From the NCBI GenBank assembly GCA_907165135.1, contig OU015569.1, forward strand, positions 5,936,769 to 6,000,768: 64,000 nt of DNA, given 5' to 3'. The notes beneath the pieces are model-generated. The model was not told the origin of the DNA and made no database searches. It saw only the letters and a list, made by a program, of their open reading frames with translations. Position 1 is the first letter of the stretch; each line of letters opens with the position of its first letter. A program made the position numbers and the translations under genes. This stretch comes from Oikopleura dioica (lineage: Eukaryota; Animalia; Chordata). This document shows, piece by piece, positions 46,534-59,536 of the stretch.

Positions 46534-48258
46534 TTAAGTTGCTTCAGGGATTTCGTCCAGGGAGGGGAGAAGATCGTCTATAATTGGAGGGCCTTCCAGA
46601 GAGCCTTCTTTATTTTCAATCACTGTGGGCAGATCTTGCTCCATGGCGGAAGAAGCATCATTCTCTTGCGATTCTCCTCCGTTAATTCCCAGATTAGAAA
46701 GGCTTTCTTCAAGAGGGCTCGGAGCCTCTGTTATTCCTGTAGTCCCTCGTTGCAACCCAGGAATTGATACCGACGGATCCTCATTAAAGTCAGCCTCTTT
46801 TTCATACTCGTACTCGGGTTCGGAGTCTATATCAAAGATACCGTCCCATTCGTGGATCATTTCCACCATCAGCTCTTCGTAGAATTCGCATACAAGCTGA
46901 AATAACACGTAATTGAGTGTCATGAACATTTTTTTACCTTCGGACAGTTTTTGCGGCAGTCTTCGCTTTTTACGAAATCAATTATCTTGCTATCTTTCCA
47001 CTCGATTGCAAAGTAAACTGAATAGAAGATGCTTATTAAAATTGTTTTTCTTTTACAGTAGTTTCTAGTGCCTCTCGAGACGCTAAGATAATTCTTACTT
47101 TGGCCGTCGTTGTCTGCAACGCATTCGTGAATTTTGACAGCTTCAAAGCCGCGATTAAAGCCGACTTTCTCTAGATCAGCCCAGGGATCGTCTTCTTTCT
47201 TTTCGTCACCGACGACCTCTTCATCCTCCTCTTTCGCCGCCTTCTTTTTCTCATTCGTCTCAGCGATTTGATCAGTCTGGGGTCCGTCTTGGCTTTCGTC
47301 ATCTGAATTCTGAATGTGCATCGCTTCAAGTGCTTCATCTTCCCACGGTTTCTCCCATTTGATATCTGGGTGCGCCGGATCTATCAGCGGCGCTTTTTTC
47401 GTCTGACGCTCTTTCTTGAGAAAGTTCGGATCGACAGATTCTTCATCCTCCACTTTCTCTTCATTCTCATCGGCTGCTTCTGGCTCATCATTTGCTTCGT
47501 CGACATCGTCGTCTTCGAAAGCCAATTGTTCCAATTTTCCAGGGTTCGAACGTCTGTACTCAGCAACCAAAAGTTGTCCAGGTGTGTCCTGTGGATCTGG
47601 TCTTTCTTCAGCGAGCTCTCCCTTCCTTGAATCAACGAAATTCGATTCTACTCTTTGTGAAGGTTCAATCATTGAAATAGAGGCAAGTATTATTTCCTGA
47701 TTTCTGAATATTGAATCAATCGGAAATGAAGAACCCCGGCTAAATATCATTTCGGCTTGGAGAGCTTCTTCGGCCGTCTCCTCTCGTTTCCGCTTTAGTC
47801 CAACAATCCGTATCGGAGGAATCTTTGGCTCATGGCTTGGTTTTTCTTCCTCTACATTTTCCAGAGGCTCCTGTGGTTTATCTTTGTCTTTATTTCGCCT
47901 CGAGCTTTTCCGACGTTTTTCTTTCGCACTATCTCTCGATTTTTTTCTATTCCTGGACTTTTTCTCCTTTTGTAATTTTATATCAGCGGCATGCTTTTCC
48001 TCGAATTCTCTGATTCTATCCGCGCAGTCTAGGAAGTTAGATTTGAAAAATCTTGCCAGAACCGAAAAAAATTACCTAGATTCTCTTCTGGCTCCCATGT
48101 ATTCTGCTCATCGTCGTAGCCGGCCCATTTTATCAAATACTCGATACCGCCCTGAATAAACGCTAGAACTCCCGAACACTTCCTTCGACACTCACTTGTC
48201 GTTTACGTTTGCCGAGGATCTTCTCGACTTCGAACTCCTCTTCTGATGCCACACTCAT
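46534..48258 (-). CDS. Chromodomain protein with a long acidic (Asp/Glu-rich) C-terminal region, at least 4 exons.
   Basis: Exon 1 is [21 protein letters not shown]|gtgagt. Exon 2 is [25 protein letters not shown]..., a canonical chromo signature (E-x-ILxxR...G.xEYLxKWxGY...NTWEPEENL). The 276-aa and 131-aa ORFs (46920-47750, 46534-46929) are extremely acidic ([26 protein letters not shown]...). Confidence 0.75.
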
Positions 48259-48461
48259 CTAAATCCGCTGCGAATAAATAGACAATTGAACAAAACGCGG
48301 TTTTTTGTACAATACTGTATCTTTATTATTTTGTCATTATAAAGGCAGTTTGAAATCTATTGGAAAAAGATATAGAACAGATGCTGTTGAAAAAAGGTAA
48401 ATGGTAGTGGGACGATAGCTCAGACATTTGAGCATCGGTAGAATTTTGCGAGATCAGAATT

Positions 48462-49881
48462 CGCAGTCGAGGCTGAACTGGTTCTCGACGGAGTCAGGAT
48501 CGGCGTCCAAGTGGGCCATGACGCCAGCGCGGGCGTACTCGGATACTTTCTTCTCGAAGAAGTTGGTTTTGCCCTCCAACGAAATCATCTCCATGAAGTC
48601 GAAAGGATTTTCGACCTTGTAAATCTAAATAAAAAGCAGGTCATCAGCTGTTCCCACTAAACAACGATGGTGTTTTTGGAGCCATCAACAGAAAGCGAGT
48701 TATTATGCCCTTCAAAAACACGAATCGAGATTATTTACCTTTGGGCAGTCGAGCTCGACGAGGAGGCGGTCGGCCACAAATTCGATGTAGGTCTTCATTA
48801 AGTCGCAGTTCATGCCAATCAGGCGAACTGGAAGTGCGTCTACGAGGAACTCCTGCTCGATGCTGACGGCGTCGCGGATGATGGCGATGATCTGCTCTTG
48901 GGAGGGCTTTTGAACGAGGTGCTTGAACATAAGACAGGCGAAGTCAGTGTGCAGACCTAAAACAGCTTGAGAATCGCTTCGATGAAAAATACTCTTACCT
49001 TCGTCGCGGGAGATGAGCTCATTGGAGAAGGTGACTCCAGGCATAAGGCCTCGCTTCTTGAGCCAGAAAATCGCAGCGAAGGAACCGGAGAAAAAGATGC
49101 CCTCGACAGCGGCGAATGCGATGACACGGATGGAGTAGGGGGCATCGGCTCCAATCCACTTCAAAGCCCAGTCAGCCTTCTTCTTGATGGCAGGCATCGT
49201 CTCGATCGCGTTGAAAAGACCCATCTTTTCTTTTGTGTCCGTGACCAAGTTTTCAATCAGCTTGGCGTACATTTCTGAGTGGATGTTCTCCATCATTATC
49301 TAGTTAGCGAGTGTCAGAGAGTTTAAACTGTTATTCAGAAGTACCTGGAAGCCATAGAAAGCCCGGGCCTCGGGGATTTGGACTTCGGACATGAACCTGT
49401 CGACAAGGTTTTCGTTGACGATTCCGTCGCTGGCGGCGAAGAAGGCGAGCACGTGCTTGATGAAATACTGCTCTTCTTTTTTGAGTTTTCGCCAGTCATC
49501 CATGTCGCGGCCAAGGTCGACTTCCTCCGTCGTCCAGAAAGATGCCAGTGCTTTTTTGTACATCCGCCAGATATCTGAATTTATCGATCGCCATCGCGCT
49601 CAAAAACGAATGTACTCACCGTGATATTCGATAGGGAAAATGACGAATCGTGAGGCGTTTTCCTTGAGAAGCGGCTCCATTTGAGGGTCGAAGGAAGCCA
49701 AATCGTCGACCAAAACGGGCTGTTGCTGCTGTTTGTCGAGGGCAAGGCCAGTAGAACCAGTCTTGGGTTGATCCATCGACTTGGCGATGTCGACCTTGGC
49801 GAAGGAAGAAGTCATCTTCGTCAAATCGTTCTTGGTCAGCTCACCAAAGGGTTGGGAGTTCTCCTTCTCGACTGGCGGCAT
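48462..49881 (-). CDS. RRM2: Ribonucleotide reductase small subunit (R2), 4 exons.
   Basis: N-terminal exon 49600-49881 (...[15 protein letters not shown]). Exon 49300-49563 ([48 protein letters not shown]...EARAFYGFQ). Exon 48712-49296 ([11 protein letters not shown]...[30 protein letters not shown]...[15 protein letters not shown]). The C-terminal exon ends ...[16 protein letters not shown] at about 48462. The iron-ligand and tyrosyl-radical region matches the R2 consensus. Confidence 0.92.
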
Positions 49882-50029
49882 GGTTGCTTGAGTTAGACAG
49901 CTGGAAGTTGCGTCGAAAAAAGTAGAAAAGAGTCTTATCTATACGCGGACCTTTATTGATCTGATCTGTTTTTGACTCTCGGCTCAAAATGAAAACTTTT
50001 CGTCTCGGGGATCTAGAAACGATCGCCCT

Positions 50030-50115
50030 CCTGGGCAGGAGCGCGCGCGGCGCAAATCTTCCGCGCGCGAGCGCCGTCCTCGTTCCTGATTGGACGCCGC
50101 GCGCGCGACAACGAA
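50030..50115 (-). promoter_or_regulatory. Putative cell-cycle (G1/S) promoter module upstream of the RNR small-subunit gene. It has an NF-Y CCAAT box (GTCCAATCAG in gene orientation) flanked by GCGC-rich E2F-like elements.
   Basis: Plus strand ...gcgcgcgcggcgcaaatcttccgcgcgcgagcgccgtcctcgttcctgattggacgccgcgcgcgcgac. ATTGG reverse-complements to CCAAT within the YRRCCAATCAG consensus. TTCCGCGC and GCGCAAA are one-off E2F matches. It lies about 150-230 nt 5' of the ATG at 49881. Confidence 0.35.
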
Positions 50116-52160
50116 TTCGAATATTCCAGATTCTTTGTTGCGCAAAAATGGTAATAACTCCGCAATACCCGGTAATGTCCGTCATTTTTTTGGCTAGCAA
50201 AGTTATAAGATGCTGCTTCATCAGCTGCTATTGACCTTTGTAACGGATTTTACAATTTGACCATCTCTTTTTTGGAGTCTTCTTGTCATTCAACTTGCTG
50301 GATGGAATCCAAGCTCAACTCTTACCGTATATTCTTCTGACACAAGTGCACAATCAGTATACACCCTCACCAAAGCTTCCCCTTGACGTCTTCCATGGTG
50401 CCTGCAAGTATTGAAATACGAAGATCTACTCGTCCAGAAAGGGCCTTACGGTAAGGCCCTTACCAACAGCTCTAGACTCTAGAGTCTAGACAAACCTCTC
50501 AAGGGATGATTTTCCCACGATCTTGGTGGGAAAAAGTCTATTGACAGATTGTTCTATTATACAAGAATACATCCCTCCCTAAAGCTTCAAGATCGAAAAT
50601 GCAATTTACTAAGACTTGAATATCCGATTACGTAGTACCCGAGATAACTCAACTTCATCAGCTCCTCAAATTGCCTGGATTCTATGACTTAGATTCTAAG
50701 CCTTAGAATGAACCCTGCTGAAATGCTTTTCTTGCCCTGCATAAATGAACATATCACCAAAGGCTTCTTCCAAATAAGTCATAAAATCATTTTTATAAGA
50801 AAGAGTCTTTTCGAACCGATGATCAAATGTATTGAAAATACTATTGTCGATCACATGTTAACGGAGAAACAAAAGCAGCTGCAAACACGAATAATTATTT
50901 AACAATTGATAAAAAAGAAGAGAAACGGAGAAAACCTCTCGAAACGCGTACGGGGGCTCTTTGTTCAAGGGAAGGTTTTGTTGTTGTAAGTGTAGTTGTA
51001 TCAATTTATCATCTGTTTCAGAAGGAAAGGTAGAAATGAGATTAAAATAGCTGGTAATGCCACCGTGTTTGTGGTTCAATTTTATTTGTATTTTTTGGAA
51101 TTTTCTCGGCTTGAAAGAGATGTACGTGAAGAGGGTTACGAAAGATGGATGGGTTGAACTTGGGGCTTTACAGGGCGATACAATACGGGAGAGCGCCCGC
51201 GCACGGTGGAAAATAAGAAGAGTGCGAAAGCAAACGCCCCCGTAAAAGAAAAAATCACAAGTACACGCCTTTTTAGAATAAAAAAGTTAACGCTCTCTAT
51301 GTATTCAACGGCTTCATGAGACGCCAGAGTCGCGAAATGAAGGGGCGCAAGTCTGGGACCTGATAATGAAGTGGCCAGGCTGGGTAGTGCTTGTAAACTA
51401 CAGTAAGAAGCGATAGCAGCATTTATCCGTGAACCAGCGACCCCTGGCAGAAATACATGCAAGGGCTGAAAACATAGAAGAGTATAGAAGCCAGTGTCCT
51501 GATTCTGATATAATCAAGGAGAAATAAATTTACGTTTGATTACCATTTTCCTGGGCGACTAGCTCATAGAAATTGAAAAATGAAAATGGTGACGGGGCGG
51601 GAACAGGGCAAAATAGAGGAAATAAATTGGATATCTTTATTTGGATGATCGTGAATTTCATTTCATGCGTTTTTTTTAATTGAATTTACGGTTATTTGCT
51701 TAACGGTTCGATTGGATTAGAAGAATTTGAACTTTTTTTTAACCTGACTAGGGCACTGGAGTGGAATAGAGTGTGCCTGAATCTGGCAAGGCCCAAGGAT
51801 AACGGGCTGAAGTGCGGGACGAGTACACCAGCGCGAAGGTGTAATAGTGAAAAGAAAAAAAAACAACATAGTAATATAGACTTACAGGAAAAAGAATTTA
51901 AGTTAGATTGAAGGTCCCTAAGACATGTATCCGAATAAATTAAGAATTAGACGGCGTTCGGCGGTGGGGTTGATTCGGCCCCGCAACTGAACGCGCTGTT
52001 CACAGGTAATTTTTTTTCATTGTTGATAAATTTGAGATTTAAAATACTTAGAATTTGAAGAGCTATAATTTGACATTGGTTGAAATTGTAACTAGAGGGT
52101 CAATTCTTTAATGAAATTGATGCGTCTCTTCTCACATAGAACAAGAAGCGGGGCATTGTC

Positions 52161-52887
<727 letters not shown>

Positions 52888-53169
52888 TTGACGAGCTGCT
52901 TTTGTTTTTGAAGAGGTTCGTTTAGACCACTGGCCACCGGTTGATTACGACTCAAACAGAAACAAGCACTTCACGAGAGTGACGCCTGCGCGTGTTGATT
53001 CTAAACGCGAAACGACGGTTAGAGCACAATCAACCTGTGAAAAACTGATCAAAAGTTTCCTCGAAAACAGGTTTTTGTTGCGCAGTATTTTTTAGAACCC
53101 AGCACGATTTTTATTGATCCAATCAACATGACGAAAGGATTTAGGGTCAATTCATCATTCGTTCTCAAT

Positions 53170-53800
53170 CAGCGGGCGCTAGTTCGTTTACTTCTTTCTT
53201 CGCAACTTGCCGAGCTCAGCCTTGACGATTCGGTTGCGGGCCTGCTTCAATCGCATGAGCTTGAATCGGTCGAAGTCGGTCAAGTTAGCTCGGATGTTCT
53301 TTCGGGCAATTCCCTTGGCCAAGTCAGTCTCGGCGAACTTGTTGGCGATATCGGCGGCGGCGAAAGCCTGAAAAGAATCAATTATCGGAAAAGAGAAAAA
53401 GAACGCTTACCTTCTTGACAGTGCCGGGTCGGGCGCCAACGTTGATCTTGACGGAAAGGTCGGTGATTTGGATGGCCTTGACAGAGACGGTGTATCGGTT
53501 GAGGTTTCCGTCGTCGACGAGAAGTCTAAAGTGAAAAGTCAGAAATGCCGGCTTTATAAACCTATTCACCGGTTGAGGTCGATAACGTTGGTGATGGCGC
53601 AGGCCTTCTTGAGGGATGGGACGTAGACGACACCGCCGATCTGGACGAATTCAGTGAAGACCATACTGAGTGATTTTAGGTCACGATTCACAAACGTCTG
53701 AAAAGCAAGAGAGTCAGCAAGGATCAGAATAGGTTTCGGCTTGTTTTTTGGTTCGCGGATGAAAACGGCGCGAATGTGAAGTGATTGAACGTGCATGGGT
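53170..53800 (-). CDS. Small basic protein (ribosomal-protein-like composition), 3 exons, family not assigned.
   Basis: Exons 53566-53796 (...KPKPILILADSLAFQTFVNRDLKSLSMVFTEFVQIGGVVYVPSLKKACAITNVIDLNR), 53378-53569 (LLVDDGNLNRYTVSVKAIQITDLSVKINVGARPGTVKK) and about 53170-53380 after a ttttcag acceptor (AFAAADIANKFAETDLAKGIARKNIRANLTDFDRFKLMRLKQARNRIVKAELGKLRRKK*). The antisense 96-aa ORF is low-complexity. Confidence 0.5.
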
Positions 53801-54008
53801 CAGAAGAAGAAAGGTTCAGGTCAGTCCTCTTTGAAATAAAAGAGTCAGTTAAAATAAAGAATAGAATTGGGAGTTTGGAATACTGTACATGTTGATCCTT
53901 GGAATGAAGCTCGATAGGAACGAAAAAAGATCTTGATCAACTTTTTTGATCATTTTTGAGCATAAACATGTTTTTTTACGATTTCTTGAAGATTGCAGCT
54001 TCAGGAGC

Positions 54009-55059
54009 CAAATCGCTTTTTGGCCTCGGCCTCAGGACGCGCTCTGTTCAGCACCTAAATGAATGTTACTCAGGGAAAATATTTCAGACTCGTTACCTTT
54101 AGGAAGTCGCTAGTTTTGTTTCTCATTCTTGAATTAATGTATGCTTTGCTACATTTGATATGGTAGTGAAGGTAATTGCGGAAGGTATGAATAAGATCTG
54201 AATTAAAAACGGAAATGAGCAACGGGATGACTACAGGGATATTCTCACCTATCGTTTTGTCGCGAGTTCCATCAGCAAAGTGACGGGGCAAAAGGACGAA
54301 AGTGATGTAGCCGACATCTTCTCCGGATCTAGCGTCTGTTCCACGCAGCTCAGATGGTGGCTCTTTTGTCGAAAACAGAACCTTACAGCGAATTATGAGA
54401 AACGCGTTCAAAATATTTTTTTTACCTGTGGGGCGGTTGCTGAAGCTCTTCTCCCTTCTTTAAACTCTTGGAGGAAGACGCCACCAACAACAATGTCGTC
54501 CTTTTCTCTGAAAGTGGTGGAGAAGATCACGGTAACGCGATCGGACTTTGCCTCAACGTAGACGCTCTCGCCCTCTCTGAAATGAATAACGGCGCGTTGA
54601 ATTTGACTCCCGCTGGCCTGAAACAGAACTTGTGAACTTTTCAGTGTTGATTTCGTGCAAGGCTACCTGGGCTTGAAAATATTTCTCAAAAACGGCTGCG
54701 AAGCAGTTTCGCTTCAGCCGAGCAGCGTCTCGCGCCAACTGCTCGTAATTCTCTGGGATCGCCGAGAGCGGAAAGGCCAGGACGATGCGTTTGCCAACGC
54801 TTTGGAGAAATTGCCCGTAGACTTCCTTTAGTTTATCGGTGGCACCGTGCTTCTCGAGTTGGTCGAAGAAGGCGATTTCAAGCGCCAGCTCAAGTCGATC
54901 ACGATTGCTCCCATCTGGCGAGTAAAGATGATAGATACAGCCGTCGAAGTCGACGATGCGCGCGTTCACGTGATCGAACTTGCCTTTTTCACGCCCCGAC
55001 TTGAAGTGGTTGGTGAGCGCGTCGAACACGCCACGGTTTTCGACTTCGAGCAGAATCAT
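54009..55059 (-). CDS. ARPC2: Arp2/3 complex subunit 2 (ARPC2 / p34-Arc), about 4 exons.
   Basis: [20 protein letters not shown]...[13 protein letters not shown]...[15 protein letters not shown] (54553-55059). The middle exons are about 54420-54590. The C-terminal exon (54070-54411) contains [14 protein letters not shown]...[34 protein letters not shown]. The final exon is ...[17 protein letters not shown] (about 54009-54075). It is collinear with ARPC2. Confidence 0.9.
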
Positions 55060-55162
55060 TTGCTGAAGAGACTGGAGTTAAAAATAAAAATCGATGATTG
55101 GCGATGTTGGATCAAAGGGCAGTCAGTAGTCGAAGAAAAAGACTTGAGAGTGGAACTCTTAT

Positions 55163-56254
55163 TTGTCGGGAAAATCCTTGAGCCCCTGAATGTGCGTGTT
55201 TTGAGTTTTCACCACTCGATTGTTTTTCCTCTTCTTGCGTTTTACTGAAGTAGGAACCTAAAACGAAAAAATGTATGGAAAAAGAATGAGAGAAAAGTTC
55301 GTACCTTCCGAACACCAGGATCGTCGGCGAAAGTGATTCCCTGTTGCGCAAGATATTCAGCGATTTTCTCTTCGTCAACAGATTCGACAGTAATTGAGCG
55401 CCAGAGCTTCTGGAAGGTTTCGTCCATTTCTATTTCCAAACTTCTGTCATTGAAGAAAATCACAGTCTAGGCAGTATGAATCAATTTTTGCACTTTTTTT
55501 CTTTCGACGAATGTAGTCTTCTGTATTTTAGTTAGCTGCTTACCTTCTTATCGGGGCGATTGTGTAGATGAATATTCTTCTTTTCGCTGTGGTATTTGAG
55601 GATCTTGTCTGCCTTGGGGAGACTTTCTTGTACCATTTCTTTGGTGACGCCACCAAGTCCATCATGGTAATGCCGCTCGAGAAACTGGAGAAACGACTTC
55701 TTGTCTCTGATGCCCTCAATTGACGGCTTGTAGACGTATTTGACGACGTCGCCGGGAATTTGACGCAGCTTGGGATTCTTGGGCAGCGCGTCTTCAAGGC
55801 CCATGCGCGCTGCGTTCGCTGAGCAAGTCAGTTCAGTTCTAGTGTTCCGGCTTGCGCATTTTACCTACACACTGTGGTCGTCGAGTTGCACTCCTCGAGC
55901 ACTTCGTCGAGACTCAAGGGCAGCAGCTCGTTCTGCAAGTGGCGATTCTTCATGTGAGTGACGATTTTGTGGATCAAATGGAAGTTCTTAACCGGTACGA
56001 CTTTCCCGCGTGACTTGCTACTTCCTTCGAGACGGGGTCGCTTTGATGCTGGCTGAGATCTAGAAGGAAGAGTATTCACACTACGTTCGGATCTATTTCT
56101 TTATCAGTTAATTATTCAGTTCTATAATCATTTGGGAACTCTCTAAGTGATAACTTGAAATACGATTCATGTCCATGACTCACTTGTTTTCAATAACAGG
56201 AACATTCTGAGCTCGTTTCAGGAAAGCCTCTCTCTGCTTCAGTAAATCGGACAT
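55163..56254 (-). CDS. GTF2E2: General transcription factor IIE beta subunit (TFIIE-beta), about 5 exons.
   Basis: MSDLLKQREAFLKRAQNVPVIENK|gtgag (56254-56183). ...KNFHLIHKIVTHMKNRHLQNELLPLSLDEVLEE (55861-56079). LQFLERHYHDGLGGV...KILKYHSEKK (55532-55804). [44 protein letters not shown] (55242-55463). A basic tail VKRKKRKNNRVVKTQNTHIQGLKDFPDK* follows. It is collinear with human TFIIE-beta. Confidence 0.85.
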
Positions 56255-57619
56255 TCCTCTTCCTCTTTCTTTTTATCTATTTATAGGAATTTTCTTCTTT
56301 CAGGCCAAAATTGGATTTTTTCTTTACGAGCGAACTCTTCGTTTTTTCAGTAGTTTCTTCTGGGAATCTCTCCGTTTATTCGAAAAAGAAAAAAATGAAT
56401 GTTGAGTGTGAAGATATGGGATAGTTCTTTTGGTGTTGGCGGAGACGGAGCCACGTGTGCTGGCGCGACAACTGGTCACTTGGTGGTGGAGCAGAGACGC
56501 GAGTAGACGAGAGCTCTCGTGCTCGACGAAACTGTTTTGCGGCGGCGGGCTCTGGGCAACATGAACGGGCGCAGGGCCAATCGGCCTTCTCCATTTCCAG
56601 CGTGGGCGTAAGATCTTTCCACGCTCCACGGAGAACGGCGCATAAACGCGCCCCGCGCAAGGAGGAATCTCTTCAATCACAAATCCAAAGCGCATTCACC
56701 AGCCACTCGACTAATCACGCCCTCAAGGTCAAGTCTGTCCTCTACCCATGCAGTTCTCCTTCCAAAGGGGCGTTTTTTCAAGGCTGGATGAACTTTTTTT
56801 TAAGTAACCTTTTATCAAGATCGAACCAAACCGAAACTTTTCCACCGTGTCTTGAAATTATTGCTTTGAAATTCAATATTTCCATTGTATTTTAAAGACA
56901 AATCAATATATTTAGTTGCTGTGCTCAAGAGAAATTGCTTCCCATGCTGAGAGAAAAGATCTAGAATTAGTAACACTCACTTATCTCAATTGAACTTGCA
57001 ATTCTTTCTCTCCCTGAAAAGAAAAAATCTGCGTTGATAGTCTGCTTGCATGTCATGCAAATTCAGAATTTACAGTGCTTTCCCTTCAGCTTAGTCACTA
57101 TCTAATTAATTTCTGAGTAAATACGTCTGTCTCTCTTTATAAAATACCCAGCATATTCAGAAATGCCAATCGCGGTAATTGTCCGCTTTTGAAGTTTATC
57201 ACTCAAGTTAAAAACAAGGAAAAAGTACCACGTTTTCATATTTTCTGCCTGAGTGTTTCTTCCTTGATATCAATCAACGAATTCAAATTCAAAAAATGTG
57301 AGTTGCAATTTTTGAGGTGATCTATCCGAGATCCGTCCGTTTTTCTTTCGGATTGTCGTGAATGATTTAATATTTATCCTTTATTAGTAGTATGAACAGA
57401 GAAAGAACATTAGGAGAAGGATTGGTAGCTTTTCATTTTGAGGGGATGTAGAAATGAAGATGCCTCTGTCGAAAAAGGCTGATTTGAAAGTTGAAAATGG
57501 GGAATTTTTATTTCGAAATGACTTTTCGGCTGGAAATGCATGGAGATCGTTACAATAACAGTAGACGAGAATAGAAACAACGTGAATGAGTATAAAAGCG
57601 AGCAAGAAAAGGGGACTGG

Positions 57620-59493
57620 TTAGAATCCAAAGTCGCGATCTTGGAGAACAGCCGGAGCAATCATGGTCCAAGTGTAGAGCAAAACGCACACCCAGGCGGA
57701 ACACATTTTTACCCACACGGGAGCCCATCCGGCGATGACAAGCGGATTATTGTCCTAAAACAGCGTAGAAAACTGTACTATCAAGTTAGTTCAGTCTTAC
57801 CTTGCTGGCTTCCGCGGCTTGAGAGATATTGAACCAGTAAGTCAATGTCATCATAATGTAAAGAGTTCCAAGGGAAAACATGAAGTGCAGATAGCTTAAA
57901 ATTTGACCCTGTTAAACCCTGCTCATGGCCATTTTAAAACCTATAGCTGTATTGAGTAGCGTCTTCTTCGTCGTCCCAGGTTCCGCCTTCAGGATCGCTT
58001 TGATCTGTCATTACAACTGTGTCCGCTTCAGCGGGTTTTCCAGAGCCTTAAGAATTTTTAGAATTTCGCAAGACTTTCGCAAAAGCCGATAATGATAATC
58101 TGGGAAGTGAAATAATTTGTGAAAATGAATCTGTGAGTGTTAAATTGTCGCGTAAATTGGCAAGCATATTTCAAGAAAAGCATGCAAAACGGGTTACCTT
58201 CATTCAGTCTTTCGTAAGTTGCTAAGTTCACGGTGAAGCTTGATTAATCTCAGTGGTACAAGACAAATTTCATAAAAATTTGAAAATCACCGATTCAATA
58301 CCTGCGGAGGAATTGGTAAGGGAGGACCAGAGGACTGCCAAGAAGAAAAGAATCAAGCCAACGATAGATTGGGCGTTAAATCCAGTTATTCCTAGGAGCG
58401 AAAGATAAAAAACGAGGACTGAATTGAATAAGAATGCCTTGAGTCGGATCAGTGTTTGGGTCTGGCTGGCCGCCATCAGTAATGTTGAGGATGCTGGCGA
58501 TGCTTGGATTGCAATCGAGCTCGGGCGAATTCGACATCGAAGACCAAGTCAAGAACATAACGTAAGCAGAAACAACTGCAGACTGGAGGAGTCCAGATGC
58601 CGGGTTATGCTCCTGTACCTAAACTCTCGTGTTAACGAAGTTCTTGACAAACGGACTCATACCTTGGGAAGGATCGAAACGACAGAAATTATAAAGCAAA
58701 GGATCATATTAAAGCTGATGAAGAATTTGTGTAGGCTGCAGGAGTTTGTTGTCTCCGTAAAGTTGCCACCGTAAAAGTAAAAGAGATATCCAATGGCGAC
58801 ACTTGTCAGGACGAAGATCGAGAATGTAGCAAAAATGAGCCCTGCGAACCAACATTTTTGGTCGCGCTCGTCGTCGGCATCTTCCATGTTCTGCACTGCC
58901 CAGGCGTTGATTCGATACGCAAAATCAATGAAGAGCACCAGTTGAATCAAAATAAAGGCCAATCCGCCGATGAGTCCAAACACGTACATGACCTGATCGA
59001 ATGGCTCGGATGGGATAAAGAAGGCGGCGGTGATAAAAGCTGCGAGAATAAGAAACTTGATTCCCCAAAAACCATTTTGAATTCCAGAGCGAGGATCCTT
59101 CGAGCTTCGTGTGCCCAGCATCAAAATCATGAAGAGCCAAAAGAAGCAGCACATTCCGAAGCAGACTCGGTAAGCGGCCTCGAATCCGACGAGTCGAGTA
59201 CAGTCAATCGCGCCATCGCCAGTTGTCTGCGTGCCAATAAGACTGTCGAGTTGGGCTGTGACGTCAGAAATTCCATCATTGCGGGTGCCCTTGCAGAGCA
59301 TGGGAACTTTTCGGAGCGCGTCTTCTAGTCCATTTGTGCACATAATCATCGCAAGAATACTTCCGAGGAGCATAAAAAGCGCATACATCAGTCGCGCACT
59401 CGTTGAGTTTTTGCATGATGGACATGCAGAACAAAGACACGAAGCTGCTTGGCCCGTTACACAACAGGCGAGCGATCCCAGTCCGAGACACAT
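57620..59493 (-). CDS. SERINC: Serine incorporator (SERINC/TDE1/TMS1 family) multi-pass membrane protein, at least 5 exons.
   Basis: The 278-aa exon 58657-59493 ([27 protein letters not shown]...[17 protein letters not shown]...[17 protein letters not shown]...[19 protein letters not shown]) is collinear with SERINC N-terminal halves. Later exons are ...[27 protein letters not shown] (58376-58558), [41 protein letters not shown] (58270-58476), ...[22 protein letters not shown] (about 57950-58040), [21 protein letters not shown] (about 57800-57895) and ...[39 protein letters not shown] (57620-57750). Confidence 0.9.
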
Positions 59494-59536
59494 TCTCTAA
59501 AAATGAAAATCTTGGTTGCGCAATTTTTCATTTGAA

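Noticed and set aside
49989-50234. An 81-aa plus-strand ORF.
   Set aside because: It lies within the GC-rich RNR2 promoter block, and the Arg/Ala-rich translation is typical of GC sequence.
51700-51725. ggttcgattgg resembling a tRNA T-arm.
   Set aside because: No acceptor stem, D-arm or anticodon arm can be folded around it.
53128-53418. A 96-aa plus-strand ORF (L/S/G low complexity).
   Set aside because: It is antisense to cleanly spliced minus-strand exons. Low-complexity mirror ORFs are expected opposite Lys/Glu-rich coding sequence.
56324-56895. Two overlapping GC-rich ORFs (123 aa minus, 146 aa plus) upstream of TFIIE-beta.
   Set aside because: Arg/Ala/Pro-rich products are typical of random GC-rich sequence. 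The location fits a promoter or CpG-type island of the TFIIE-beta/ARPC2 unit.
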